The position numbers were made by a program, and so were the translations under genes. 64,000 bases of DNA from Lachnospiraceae bacterium (GTDB lineage Bacteria > Bacillota > Clostridia > Lachnospirales > Lachnospiraceae), in assembly GCA_014804785.1 (NCBI GenBank), contig JAAUZD010000016.1:49256-113255 (forward strand). The letters run 5' to 3'. Under the pieces are notes generated by a model that saw only the letters and a program-made list of their open reading frames with translations, did not search any database and was not told the DNA's origin. The first letter of the stretch is position 1. The number at the start of each line of letters is the position of its first letter. Positions 40,301 to 48,824 of this stretch are shown here, in pieces.

Positions 40301-40712
40301 CCGCCATTGATTTCATCATCTGATGCTTTTCATACAAAATCTCATCAAGCAGAATTTCTTCTGTCCTCTCATATATAGATTGTCGTAAAAGATTTTCAAA
40401 GATCGATCTCTGCAGCGGATAAACCGGAAACTGGGCAATAAATTCTTCCGGCGTTTTATCCCGTTCATAGACCTCATAGATATTTTTGATTACAGCAAGA
40501 AAAGGCTCAAGGGCTTCTATCATCTTAGAACCGTCAAAATGCTTATAACATACATGCAAATCAGGATGCTTCTCTTTCACTAATTCCACATCCCTGCTCG
40601 TAATTGCAAATGTATTATAATGTCTCACAATCATGAATCGTTTCGCCTGCGATCCATCTTTCTTTAACCTTTCCACCGTTGGAGCAATATATTTTTCGTA
40701 ATAAATCCCCAT
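37392..40712 (-). CDS. Large multidomain diguanylate cyclase: degenerate STAND/AAA-like N-terminus, TPR-like repeats, GAF-like region, GGDEF
   Basis: C-terminal GGDEF domain with an intact active site (DYLTSLYNRNGF...IDLDNFKYYNDTFGHAAGD...RYGGDEFLISL). The start at 40712 is 7 nt after GGGAGGTG. The N-terminal two-thirds are helical-repeat-like. Confidence 0.85.
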   Translation of the reverse strand: MGIYYEKYIAPTVERLKKDGSQAKRFMIVRHYNTFAITSRDVELVKEKHPDLHVCYKHFDGSKMIEALEPFLAVIKNIYEVYERDKTPEEFIAQFPVYPLQRSIFENLLRQSIYERTEEILLDEILYEKHQMMKSMAAVLTLLSEKYPLFFLLDNLNMASHSSIMLLLELLEAENGKIIVYGAFNERYIQLPHMKEIWETWLEKLEDYHCIVDGGEEVTEVEEENSYFHFKSSCIDEYLIKLNNMYYLLDYEQAQYYMALIYHKIEVEKLSIDEEWVFDLYMLYAMISIYSDMSKALLLCDDIRFLPKKGKSAGKRFWYCYILGQVQMYSGNLNTAKECADTCMELAAGELGGYYIFKAILLDVMVRMSGWHNIFFCSTDIDVSAEFLELAEKYDYENHLAYTYIFAYDNDVRLLAEGEEKLVCFQKGIEIARKLRNKNLMLIAYRKNIMRSSLFGLFPVTNYYYYKCMEIVGDKNPMKLADIYNGLGYNCCAAEQYEEANRYYNKAIAIYHRMNMMNYVGETLYNMAINCMLADEYLVAYQYLLNCMRIINILHLNDLRVCNISKIFGLLALCSFRLGRGYDTRLYLDNALQLLEHILNRTMEEEIQNRKLDSSYTACDDDLFLYYYVSALVEMDKDQYEEALALMENARIYMERSTGYQFFSVVQYEITMAQLLKKMGREAEAAEELEKGIRYAKACGVSEKRRMLEAARCGAKYKQEHKAATELSGVTLQEIQAATKQAGIVKDYETLKKRMDFISAWQKMTDISGKSFDELVQNALNTFMLNFGIDAMLYIHYRDDEPNICFDAGQIALSEEGIEELTRYFSVHRSGFVISKLKKNYIEYKRVLSLFGISQICSMVCLPYYVGEKLNSIFIMYILMKDNWNAPRTKFMLDESDMEIFNLVLMQLRNEVEKLEHTEQIRSINNRLEKSAITDYLTSLYNRNGFYQKIKRWVEEQVTRDITFLYIDLDNFKYYNDTFGHAAGDRILKEVAEILRKISKDCGFAARYGGDEFLISLKFVDKQRALDLGRSILNIIREKKGFVDIITEMSGKSVVIPKEKELSCSIGIAAMRGITDDDAITETISKADEVLYAIKHSTKGDVKYAD

Positions 40713-40841
40713 GAAGCCGCACCTCCCTAGGCTCAAAAGCATGACATATCTCCACATCTTCCCCCAAAAGTATCATATCACGAAAAATCTTGAAACACCA
40801 CACCAAATCATCCGATTATCTATAATTAATATAGGAAGAAA

Positions 40842-40871
40842 TTGACACTTCTGCCTCTTACAACGTATAAT
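40842..40871 (+). promoter_or_regulatory. SigA-type promoter of the DUF1015 gene
   Basis: TTGACA (40842-40847), 18-nt spacer, TATAAT (40866-40871), 53 nt upstream of the ATG. Confidence 0.6.
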
Positions 40872-40924
40872 CATAACCATCAGACATCTTATATGCTGCC
40901 CACACAGACAAAGGAGGATCTCAC

Positions 40925-42166
40925 ATGCCTAAAGTCACACCATTTCAAAGTATCAGACCCGTACCGGAACTGGCTGCCCATGTAGCTGCCCTTCCATATG
41001 ATGTATATAACCGCACGGAGGCACTTGCCGAAGTACAAAAAGAACCTCTATCTTTTCTAAAGATCGACCGGGCGGAAACCCAGTTTCCAGATGACGTGGA
41101 CACCTATGATCCCAAAGTATACGCAAAAGCAAAAGAACTTTTAGACTCCATGATTTCAGACGGTACATTTATCAAAGAAGACACTCCCTGCTATTATCTC
41201 TATGAACTGACCATGAACGGGCGCTCCCAGACCGGCATCGTTGCCTGCTCCGACCTGGATGATTACTTAAATCAACTGGTCAAAAAGCATGAAAATACCC
41301 GGGAAGACAAAGAGCTTGACCGCATCTGCCATGTAGATACTACCGATGCGCAGACTGGTCCCATTTTCCTTGTATATCGCTCTGAACCGGAAATCAATCA
41401 GATTGTCTCCTTGAGCAAAAAGCAGCCTGTTCTGTATGATTTCACTTCTCCGGATGGCATCATTCACCGCGTATGGCGCCTTTCCAATGATAAAATAGTT
41501 GCAAGACTCCAGGAATTATTTGAACAAATTTCCTGCACTTACATAGCAGATGGACATCACCGCTGCGCTTCAGCAGTAAAGGTAGGTCTAAAGCGGCGGA
41601 CACAGCACCCGGATTATACCGGAAAAGAGGAATTCAATCGCTTTCTTTCCGTGCTTTTCCCGGATGACCAGCTTTATATCATGCCTTATAACAGGGTTGT
41701 AAAGGATTTAAATGGATTGTCAAAAGAAGACTTTTTATCAGCCATAAAACAGGCAGGATTTTCAATAGAGTATAAGGGGAACGAACAAATCTCCCCAACG
41801 ACAAAGGGATGTTTTGGCATGTACCTTTCCGACGGCTGGTACCTGCTCACCGCCCACAAGGATCTTTTGTCTTCCGATCCGGTAAAAGGGCTGGATGTTT
41901 CTGTTTTGCAGGATCATCTGCTTGATCCCATACTAAATATAAAAGATCCCAGAACAAATACGCGGATTGATTTTGTGGGAGGCATCCGGGGACTTGACGA
42001 ACTGGAACGAAGGGTTGCAGATGATATGACAGTTGCCTTTTCCATGTATGCCACATCTATATCAGAGCTACTCTCTGTTGCAGATGCCGGACTCCTCATG
42101 CCGCCTAAATCTACCTGGTTTGAGCCCAAACTCCGAAGCGGTTTATTCATTCATAAACTGTCCTAA
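40925..42166 (+). CDS. DUF1015 family protein
   Basis: 413 aa. N-terminus PFQSIRPVPELAAHVAALPYDVYN and the motif YIADGHHR are characteristic of DUF1015. AAGGAGG RBS. Confidence 0.8.
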   Translation: MPKVTPFQSIRPVPELAAHVAALPYDVYNRTEALAEVQKEPLSFLKIDRAETQFPDDVDTYDPKVYAKAKELLDSMISDGTFIKEDTPCYYLYELTMNGRSQTGIVACSDLDDYLNQLVKKHENTREDKELDRICHVDTTDAQTGPIFLVYRSEPEINQIVSLSKKQPVLYDFTSPDGIIHRVWRLSNDKIVARLQELFEQISCTYIADGHHRCASAVKVGLKRRTQHPDYTGKEEFNRFLSVLFPDDQLYIMPYNRVVKDLNGLSKEDFLSAIKQAGFSIEYKGNEQISPTTKGCFGMYLSDGWYLLTAHKDLLSSDPVKGLDVSVLQDHLLDPILNIKDPRTNTRIDFVGGIRGLDELERRVADDMTVAFSMYATSISELLSVADAGLLMPPKSTWFEPKLRSGLFIHKLS

Positions 42167-42210
42167 GGAAGTGCTGATTAAAGCATTTCCCAAAATACAA
42201 TTCAACCATA

Positions 42211-42256
42211 AAACAGGCTGTTGCCAGTATCTTCAAATGCTGGCAGCAGCCTGTTT
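42211..42256. terminator. Bidirectional terminator hairpin between the convergent DUF1015 and proB genes
   Basis: AAACAGGCTGTTGCCAG (42211-42227) pairs with GCTGGCAGCAGCCTGTTT (42239-42256), one bulge. A-run upstream, T-run downstream. Confidence 0.7.
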
Positions 42257-42259
42257 CTA

Positions 42260-43060
42260 TTAAGCCTTAAACAAGGTACCTACTTCTTTTCCCTCCAGTA
42301 TTCTGCTGATGTTCACCACGTCATCCCCATTGGCGATCACCATATCCACCCCTATTGCATTGGCAATCTCAGCTGCTGCAATCTTTGTCGCCATGCCGCC
42401 TGTTCCAAAAGCACTGTCCGCCCCCTTTGCCATGGCATGCAGTTTGTCATCTATTTTTTCTACACAGCTGATAAATTCAGCTGTGTCATTATTTCTCGGA
42501 TCATCCGTATACAGGCCATCGATATCAGATAAAAGAATCAGCAGATCCGCCTGTACCATCTCTGCCACGGTTGCAGACAGCGTATCGTTGTCCCCAAAAT
42601 TTTCATCCATAATCTGATCCGTGGAAACCGTATCATTTTCATTAACAATCGGAATGACGCCCATATTCAACAGTTCCAAAAATGTATTTTCTGCATTATG
42701 TCTGCTAATTTCATTGGTCATGGTTCTTTTGGTAATCAGGATCTGGGCAATTGTCTGATTGTACTCCGAAAATAGCTTCTGATATATCATCATCAGCCTT
42801 GCCTGTCCTACCGCTGCACATGCCTGCTTTTGGGAAAGCCGCTTCGGTCTGCCTGTTATGCCAAGCGCCTTCCTGCCGGCACCGATTGCTCCAGACGAAA
42901 CAAGCACAATCTCCTTATTGCGATTTTTCATATCCGTCAGAACCCTTGCCAGCTTCTCCATCTTAATCAAATTCAAGTGCCCGGTATCTACATGCGTGAT
43001 TGTGGATGTACCTATTTTTACCACAATGCGCTTTTTATCCTTTAAAAACTCCCTGTTCAT
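42260..43060 (-). CDS. proB: Glutamate 5-kinase (short form, no PUA domain)
   Basis: 266 aa KRIVVKIGTSTITH...IVLVSSGAIGAG...GDNDTLSA...GTGGMATKI. Confidence 0.92.
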   Translation of the reverse strand: MNREFLKDKKRIVVKIGTSTITHVDTGHLNLIKMEKLARVLTDMKNRNKEIVLVSSGAIGAGRKALGITGRPKRLSQKQACAAVGQARLMMIYQKLFSEYNQTIAQILITKRTMTNEISRHNAENTFLELLNMGVIPIVNENDTVSTDQIMDENFGDNDTLSATVAEMVQADLLILLSDIDGLYTDDPRNNDTAEFISCVEKIDDKLHAMAKGADSAFGTGGMATKIAAAEIANAIGVDMVIANGDDVVNISRILEGKEVGTLFKA

Positions 43061-43142
43061 TCTTCCTGTTCCTTCCTCATGCCGTTATCATTTCGCCTTC
43101 AGCTTCATTCTTCCCATCATATCATGATTGGCAAAAATTTCA

Positions 43143-43210
43143 ATGGGAAATTCACATGGATGGAAAATTCACATGAATGGAAAATTCACATGAATGGGAA
43201 ATTCATGTGT
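43143..43210. repeat. Tandem direct repeat, 4 x 17 bp
   Basis: Copies: ATGGGAAATTCACATGG (43143), ATGGAAAATTCACATGA (43160), ATGGAAAATTCACATGA (43177), ATGGGAAATTCATGTGT (43194). It spans the ASKHA gene stop codon. Confidence 0.95.
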
Positions 43211-44616
43211 TTAAAAAATCGTTCCTTAAATGAATCCTCCTTGGCCAGTTCCACATGCACCAAACGGCCACTCTCCTCCTCTGCGTTTTTCAATACTTTC
43301 CTTGAAAGCAATGCCATCGCCGCCCCTGTTCCAGCCAGATTACCCGCCTGCACCATTTTTTCCCTTGGCACATCCGGGAAAAGTCCAATTGCAATACCGC
43401 TTTCAATACTGATATAACATCCAAATGCTCCTGCCAGATAGATTTTGTCAAGCGCGTCCGCCTGTATGCCTGCTTTTTCAAGCAGAATCTCTATACCGGA
43501 TCTGATTGCGCTGACCGATAACTGCAGCGCCCTCACATCATCAGCCTGAAGATAAACCGGGTGTGACTCATCAGTAAGCAGAATTCTTCTTCTATCATCT
43601 ATGGTTTCAATTCTCCTGCATATTCTCTCCGGTACCCCCGCTTCTTTCGCTTCTTTCGCATCCCGCATATACCCGGTTTGATCAAGAACCCCGCTTCGGT
43701 AAAGCAGTGCAAGACCATCCACCAGACCGGAACCGCAGATACCCAGCGGATTTCCGCCGCCAATCACCCTACACACAATATCCTGCATGGGGAATCTTCC
43801 GCCTATGGAAATCATATCGACAGCGCCTTCTGCCGCCCGCATTCCCTGGCTCACAGCACCGCCCTCCAGCGCCGGTCCCGCTGCGGCGGAGCAAGCATAT
43901 CTTTTCTCTCCGCACAAAAGAAGAATTTCCCCGTTGGTTCCAATATCCACCGCCAGCACTTTATCCCCCTGCGTCTTCCAGTTTACATAACAATTCACTG
44001 CCAACGCATCTGCTCCCACATAACCGCCTATAGGAGGCAAAATGATCATATCAGCATCCTTTAAAAATTGAAATCCAAGCTGCTCTCCTTTCCTATAAAA
44101 GCTTTCTTTATAATCAGGCATAAAGGGTGCTTGGAACAATCCCTCTGGTCTAATCCCCATCAAAATTTCACACATGGCAGTATTCCCTACAATGGTAACC
44201 TTCTGCACTTTCTTCCTAGCGATATTCCCTGTGTACTCCTGTTTAGAAAGACGCCCCATCATACCGGCTGCCATCTCATCCAACTTCCTGACCACCAGTT
44301 CTTGCATCTTTTCAAGCTTGTCAGTGCTCTCCATCGCTGCCTGTATCCTGCTGATGACATCTGCCCCAAAAGCTGCTTGCGGATTCGCACCTGTCTCCGC
44401 ATCCAAAAGACTCCCTTCCTTTAAGTCCCACAACATTCCCGCCAAGGTAGTCGTGCCCACATCAAAAGAAATGCCCAGTCCTTTGCCTGGGTCTGCTGAA
44501 AATCCTTCCGGGAACTGCACCCTGATCTGCTTATTTGTATTCAGTTTCTGGAAGATTCCGCATCCGTTGCAATTGATCCGCTTACATCCCGGACACCTAT
44601 TTACTCTGTTTTCCAT
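43186..44616 (-). CDS. ASKHA-fold ATPase of the DUF4445 / RACo (corrinoid-activation) type, lacking the N-terminal 2Fe-2S ferredoxin domain
   Basis: 476 aa. Phosphate-binding motifs ISFDVGTTTLAG and LAVDIGTNGEILL. N-terminal Cys cluster CPGCKRINCNGC. AGGAGA RBS. Confidence 0.7.
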   Translation of the reverse strand: MENRVNRCPGCKRINCNGCGIFQKLNTNKQIRVQFPEGFSADPGKGLGISFDVGTTTLAGMLWDLKEGSLLDAETGANPQAAFGADVISRIQAAMESTDKLEKMQELVVRKLDEMAAGMMGRLSKQEYTGNIARKKVQKVTIVGNTAMCEILMGIRPEGLFQAPFMPDYKESFYRKGEQLGFQFLKDADMIILPPIGGYVGADALAVNCYVNWKTQGDKVLAVDIGTNGEILLLCGEKRYACSAAAGPALEGGAVSQGMRAAEGAVDMISIGGRFPMQDIVCRVIGGGNPLGICGSGLVDGLALLYRSGVLDQTGYMRDAKEAKEAGVPERICRRIETIDDRRRILLTDESHPVYLQADDVRALQLSVSAIRSGIEILLEKAGIQADALDKIYLAGAFGCYISIESGIAIGLFPDVPREKMVQAGNLAGTGAAMALLSRKVLKNAEEESGRLVHVELAKEDSFKERFFKHMNFPFM

Positions 44617-44654
44617 AAAAAGTCTCCTGTTCAGCTTGAGGTTAGCTTAATATC

Positions 44655-44971
44655 GAGGGGCGTGTGGGCGGGGAGGATTGGGGATGAACCGGGCAGCTGT
44701 GGGGATGGGCATTGTATCTGCCGCAGACCTATGTACAGCGGTAAGAGAGGCTAAGTATCCCTGTGGCAGATGTATCATGAAGGACGCAAACGGCGTATTG
44801 GTCCATCCATGGACCAAGTTACGCCTTCGGCGGACGTCCTGTCCGCCGATTGCTGGCATACGAAGGGATACTAAGTCTCTCTAACCGCTTCCCATAAGGT
44901 CTGCGGCAGATACAATGCCCATCCCCACAGCGCCCGGTTCATCCCCAATCCTCCCCACCCACACGCTTCTC
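44655..44971. repeat. 317-nt near-perfect long inverted repeat / hairpin (candidate structured RNA or MITE-like element)
   Basis: 44655-44733 is the reverse complement of 44893-44971. 44738-44762 pairs with 44864-44888. Branched 101-nt apex. GC-rich island in an AT-rich divergent intergenic region. Confidence 0.9.
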
Positions 44972-45184
44972 AGACGTAAAGCTATGCCTAACTTAAATTT
45001 TTCTTGTATTTTTCTTTATACTCTCATTTCGTACTCTTATTCCTTGCTGCTCAGCACTGTCCTTACTAGGAGGCACTTCTGAACTGTTACGCTATTTATA
45101 AAAGAATACCACAAAATTCTTGCTTTTTTAACCAGATTTCTCTATTATCTAAAACAGAAGAACGAATGAGTGAAAGGAAATTTT

Positions 45185-46045
45185 ATGTGGATAGCAGATA
45201 ATTGGAAAGATTATGAAGTGATAGATACCTCCTGCGGAGAAAAGCTGGAGCGTTGGGGAAAGTATATTCTCCTTCGTCCTGACCCGCAGGTCATATGGAA
45301 TACCAGTAAAGAAGCAAAAGAATGGAATCATCTGAACGGTCATTATCACCGCAGCACCAAGGGCGGCGGCGAATGGGAGTTTTTTCAGCTTCCTAATGAA
45401 TGGAGCATCAAATACCGGGAGCTTACCTTTCATTTGAAACCTTTCAGTTTTAAGCATACAGGTCTTTTTCCTGAACAGGCCGTGAACTGGGATTGGTTTT
45501 CACAGATTATCAAAAAAGCCAACCGCCCTGTTAAGGTTCTGAATTTATTTGCCTATACAGGAGGGGCTACACTGGCTGCTGCGAAAGCCGGTGCAAGCGT
45601 CACTCATGTGGATGCATCCAAGGGAATGGTCACTTGGGCAAAAGAAAACGCTGCCGCTTCCGGTCTTTCTGATGCCCCCATACGCTGGCTGGTGGATGAC
45701 TGTGTCAAATTCGTAGAACGGGAAATCCGCCGCGGCAATACCTATGACGGCATTATCATGGACCCTCCCTCTTACGGAAGAGGACCCAAAGGGGAAATCT
45801 GGAAAATTGAGGACAGTGTCTATCCTTTTATCGAACTGACCACCAAGCTGCTTGGTAAAGATTCCCTGTTCTTTCTCATTAATTCCTACACAACAGGCTT
45901 ACAGCCTGCCGTCCTTACCTACATGCTAAGTACCACAGTCGTTAAAAAATTGGGCGGGCAGGTGGCTTCCTCGGAAATTGGTCTTCCCGTAAGCAGCAAC
46001 GGTCTGATTCTTCCCTGCGGTGCTTCCGGGCGATGGACCCGTTGA
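45185..46045 (+). CDS. Class I SAM-dependent methyltransferase (RlmI/YwbD-like)
   Basis: VLNLFAYTGGATLAAAKAGA (SAM motif I) and IIMDPPSYGRG (DPPxY motif). The ATG at 45185 follows AAAGGAAA. Confidence 0.8.
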   Translation: MWIADNWKDYEVIDTSCGEKLERWGKYILLRPDPQVIWNTSKEAKEWNHLNGHYHRSTKGGGEWEFFQLPNEWSIKYRELTFHLKPFSFKHTGLFPEQAVNWDWFSQIIKKANRPVKVLNLFAYTGGATLAAAKAGASVTHVDASKGMVTWAKENAAASGLSDAPIRWLVDDCVKFVEREIRRGNTYDGIIMDPPSYGRGPKGEIWKIEDSVYPFIELTTKLLGKDSLFFLINSYTTGLQPAVLTYMLSTTVVKKLGGQVASSEIGLPVSSNGLILPCGASGRWTR

Positions 46046-46195
46046 CCGACGCATAATTCAACGTCCAAGCATTTACTGAATTCTATACCAAACGCTTGAG
46101 CAATCAAAAATTCTGTAGGAAATTTTCTTCTGATAGTGTATAATAATCCAGAAAGGCATTTGCCATACATAAAAGCATCAAAAGGAGTAAACGAT

Positions 46196-47284
46196 ATGTC
46201 AAAAATCATTTTAACCGGTGACAGACCTACAGGTCGTCTGCATGTGGGTCACTATGTAGGTTCCTTAAAAAGGCGGGTGGAACTGCAGAATTCCGGTATA
46301 TACGATAAAATCTTTATTATGATTGCCGATGCCCAGGCTCTTACCGACAATGCCGAGCAGCCTGAGAAAGTGCGTCAGAACATCATCGAAGTAGCGCTGG
46401 ACTATTTATCCTGCGGTCTTGACCCTGAAAAATCCACTCTTCTGATTCAATCGCAGATTCCTGAACTTTGCGAGCTTTCTTTTTACTATATGAATCTTGT
46501 GACCGTTTCCAGACTGCAGCGGAATCCCACTGTAAAATCAGAAATCCAGATGCGTAACTTTGAAGCCAGCATTCCCGTAGGTTTCTTTACTTACCCCATC
46601 AGTCAGGCGGCAGATATCACCGCGTTTAAGGCTACTACCGTTCCCGTAGGGGAAGATCAGCTTCCCATGTTGGAACAGACAAAGGAAATCGTCCGGAAAT
46701 TTAATTCTGTTTATGGAGATACTTTGGTGGAACCTGATGTTTTGCTTCCAGACAACAAGGCATGCCTTCGTCTTCCGGGTATTGACGGCAAAGCAAAAAT
46801 GAGCAAATCCTTAAACAACTGCATTTATCTTTCCGATACAGAAGAGGACGTCCGCAAAAAAGTAATGTCCATGTTTACCGATCCAAACCATCTTCAGGTT
46901 TCCGATCCGGGTCAGGTGGAGGGTAATCCTGTCTTCATTTATCTGGATGCTTTCTGCAAAGATGAAATGTTTGCAGAGTACCTGCCGGAATACGCAAATC
47001 TGGACGAACTGAAGGCGCACTACACCCGAGGCGGTCTGGGCGATGTGAAGGTAAAGAAATTCTTGAACAATGTGCTTCAGGAGGAGTTATCTCCTATCCG
47101 CGCCAGAAGAAAAGAATGGGAAAAGGATATTCCTGCCGTTTACGAAATTCTCCGCAAGGGCAGTATAGACGCAAGAGAAACTGCTTCAAAGACGCTGGAC
47201 GATGTTAAAAATTCCATGAAAATCAATTACTTTGATGATCAGGCACTGATTGCAGAGCAGGCACAGAAGTATGCACAATCATAA
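46196..47284 (+). CDS. trpS: Tryptophan--tRNA ligase
   Basis: [22 protein letters not shown] (HIGH-type motif) and KMSKS. AAAGGAG RBS. 362 aa. Confidence 0.93.
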   Translation: MSKIILTGDRPTGRLHVGHYVGSLKRRVELQNSGIYDKIFIMIADAQALTDNAEQPEKVRQNIIEVALDYLSCGLDPEKSTLLIQSQIPELCELSFYYMNLVTVSRLQRNPTVKSEIQMRNFEASIPVGFFTYPISQAADITAFKATTVPVGEDQLPMLEQTKEIVRKFNSVYGDTLVEPDVLLPDNKACLRLPGIDGKAKMSKSLNNCIYLSDTEEDVRKKVMSMFTDPNHLQVSDPGQVEGNPVFIYLDAFCKDEMFAEYLPEYANLDELKAHYTRGGLGDVKVKKFLNNVLQEELSPIRARRKEWEKDIPAVYEILRKGSIDARETASKTLDDVKNSMKINYFDDQALIAEQAQKYAQS

Positions 47285-47332
47285 TTTATGCAAAATCCAT
47301 CCTAAATTGCCTAACAACAGGAGTACCAATTT

Positions 47333-47836
47333 ATGAAAGCCTATCAGATTAAAGATGTGAAAAATTTTATGGGCAGACTGCTCGGGACCGATGCTTTCGA
47401 TTCCTTTTTACTTGCAGAAGCCTCTATCACCACCTACAATACTTTTGTAATCGATGGTCATATTGAAAAAGATTTTTTTACCGGTGACATCAATGATGAT
47501 TCTATCCTTCCGCCCTATCCATTTTCTGAGTGGAAAGATATGCGTTCCATATGCTTTGATCTGATTAAAGGGAAGCGTACTCCCGTTGGTTTCAAGCTTA
47601 TACTGCATCTAAAGCCTGAAATCATCCAGCAGATACTAACGGCTGGAAACGCCAGTGTTTCTTTATCTGATATCAAAGCTTTCGTGCTGAACATAAAATA
47701 CGATGGCAGTATGCTCACCTGCATCACTGCCACCGCTTTTTACACTTTTCTCCCCGACAAAACACCGGATAAACTCTGGGATGATTTTCTCACCCATTTT
47801 CTTTCAGAAAAAGAACTTTCATTTGAGAATGTCTAA
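47333..47836 (+). CDS. Hypothetical protein (167 aa)
   Basis: Clean ORF with a CAGGAG RBS, 48 nt after trpS. No motif recognised. Confidence 0.6.
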   Translation: MKAYQIKDVKNFMGRLLGTDAFDSFLLAEASITTYNTFVIDGHIEKDFFTGDINDDSILPPYPFSEWKDMRSICFDLIKGKRTPVGFKLILHLKPEIIQQILTAGNASVSLSDIKAFVLNIKYDGSMLTCITATAFYTFLPDKTPDKLWDDFLTHFLSEKELSFENV

Positions 47837-47840
47837 ACAG

Positions 47841-48797
47841 TTATTGGCTGGTATCTACTGCTGCCCCTTTCATATCCTCTTCTAACAGCTTCATGTCATC
47901 CATGATTTTCTTTACTTCCCTCTGGATATCCTCTATGGATTTTTCTGCTTCTACGACAAACTCGGTGGAAGCTGCAATCTGTTCCGAAAATTCTTCCCTC
48001 TCTTTTTTATCTTCCTTCTGCTTCTCGATCTTTTCCCGTTCTTCCTTTTCTTTCTCGGCTTTCTCCTCGGCTGCTTCCCTCTTTTCTTCCATTTTCTCAT
48101 CAATATGCTCCTTGGATTCATCCACAAGCATACCTATGATTTCATCCCTAGCTGCCTCCATCACATCATCCGCAGCCTGCTGTGCCTTTATCATTGTCTT
48201 TGATTTTAAAATCGCTCCTTTAATAACAGAAATCGCTCCGTCTTCCTCTTTTATCTTCTTCTGAGCTTCTGCGATTTCCTGCTCATAAGGGGAACCGCTG
48301 TTTAACATGTCCATGGAACGCTCCTGATACTCCGTAAGCCCCTCTTCCCTGATTTGCTGTAGGCGTTCTTTCTCCTGCGCGGTCAACACAATTTGAGCAT
48401 CCGGCTTGTGAGACTTCCTCTCCTTCTCCAACAGTTTTAAATCCTGCTCCTCCTGGGAATCCTCTTCGATGCCGTAGTGCTCTCTGAGTTCCTGCCTTGC
48501 ATTATTGATAAGTTTAAGCTCATCATTTGCTTTTCCAATCGTCTCTTTGTGCTTCTTGATATTATTTCTTCTCTCAGACAGATCATCCTCCAGCTTCTGA
48601 TCGCTCTTACGTGCGTCACCGATGATCTTCATCACCTGTTTTTTGGCTTCCTGCTGTTTCCGGGCAATTGGATCTAAGCTTCCATTTATGTCTCCTGCAA
48701 AAACATTCTGCTGTCCGTTCTTTTCCGGTATAACTCCGTTATGCCTTTCGCTCCGGGTGCTATCACCCATAAAGATTGTTGTATTTTGTACTTTCAT
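47841..48797 (-). CDS. E/K-rich coiled-coil protein, paralog A
   Basis: 318 aa. MKVQNTTIFMGD N-terminus, long charged helical segments, C-terminus KKIMDDMKLLEEDMKGAAVDT. No TM segment or signal peptide. Confidence 0.7.
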   Translation of the reverse strand: MKVQNTTIFMGDSTRSERHNGVIPEKNGQQNVFAGDINGSLDPIARKQQEAKKQVMKIIGDARKSDQKLEDDLSERRNNIKKHKETIGKANDELKLINNARQELREHYGIEEDSQEEQDLKLLEKERKSHKPDAQIVLTAQEKERLQQIREEGLTEYQERSMDMLNSGSPYEQEIAEAQKKIKEEDGAISVIKGAILKSKTMIKAQQAADDVMEAARDEIIGMLVDESKEHIDEKMEEKREAAEEKAEKEKEEREKIEKQKEDKKEREEFSEQIAASTEFVVEAEKSIEDIQREVKKIMDDMKLLEEDMKGAAVDTSQ

Positions 48798-48824
48798 AAT
48801 TCCCTGCCTTCAAATCCTTCCGTT

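Noticed and set aside
44647-44884. Two mirrored ORFs (70 aa on minus, 68 aa on plus) inside the long hairpin.
   Set aside because: Their existence on both strands is a direct consequence of the inverted-repeat symmetry. Neither has an RBS or a credible start context.
46046-46195. Looked for a T-box leader upstream of trpS.
   Set aside because: The spacer is only 150 nt. I find no T-box consensus (…GGTGGTACCGCG-like) or specifier-loop architecture. There is only a TATAAT box at 46139-46144.
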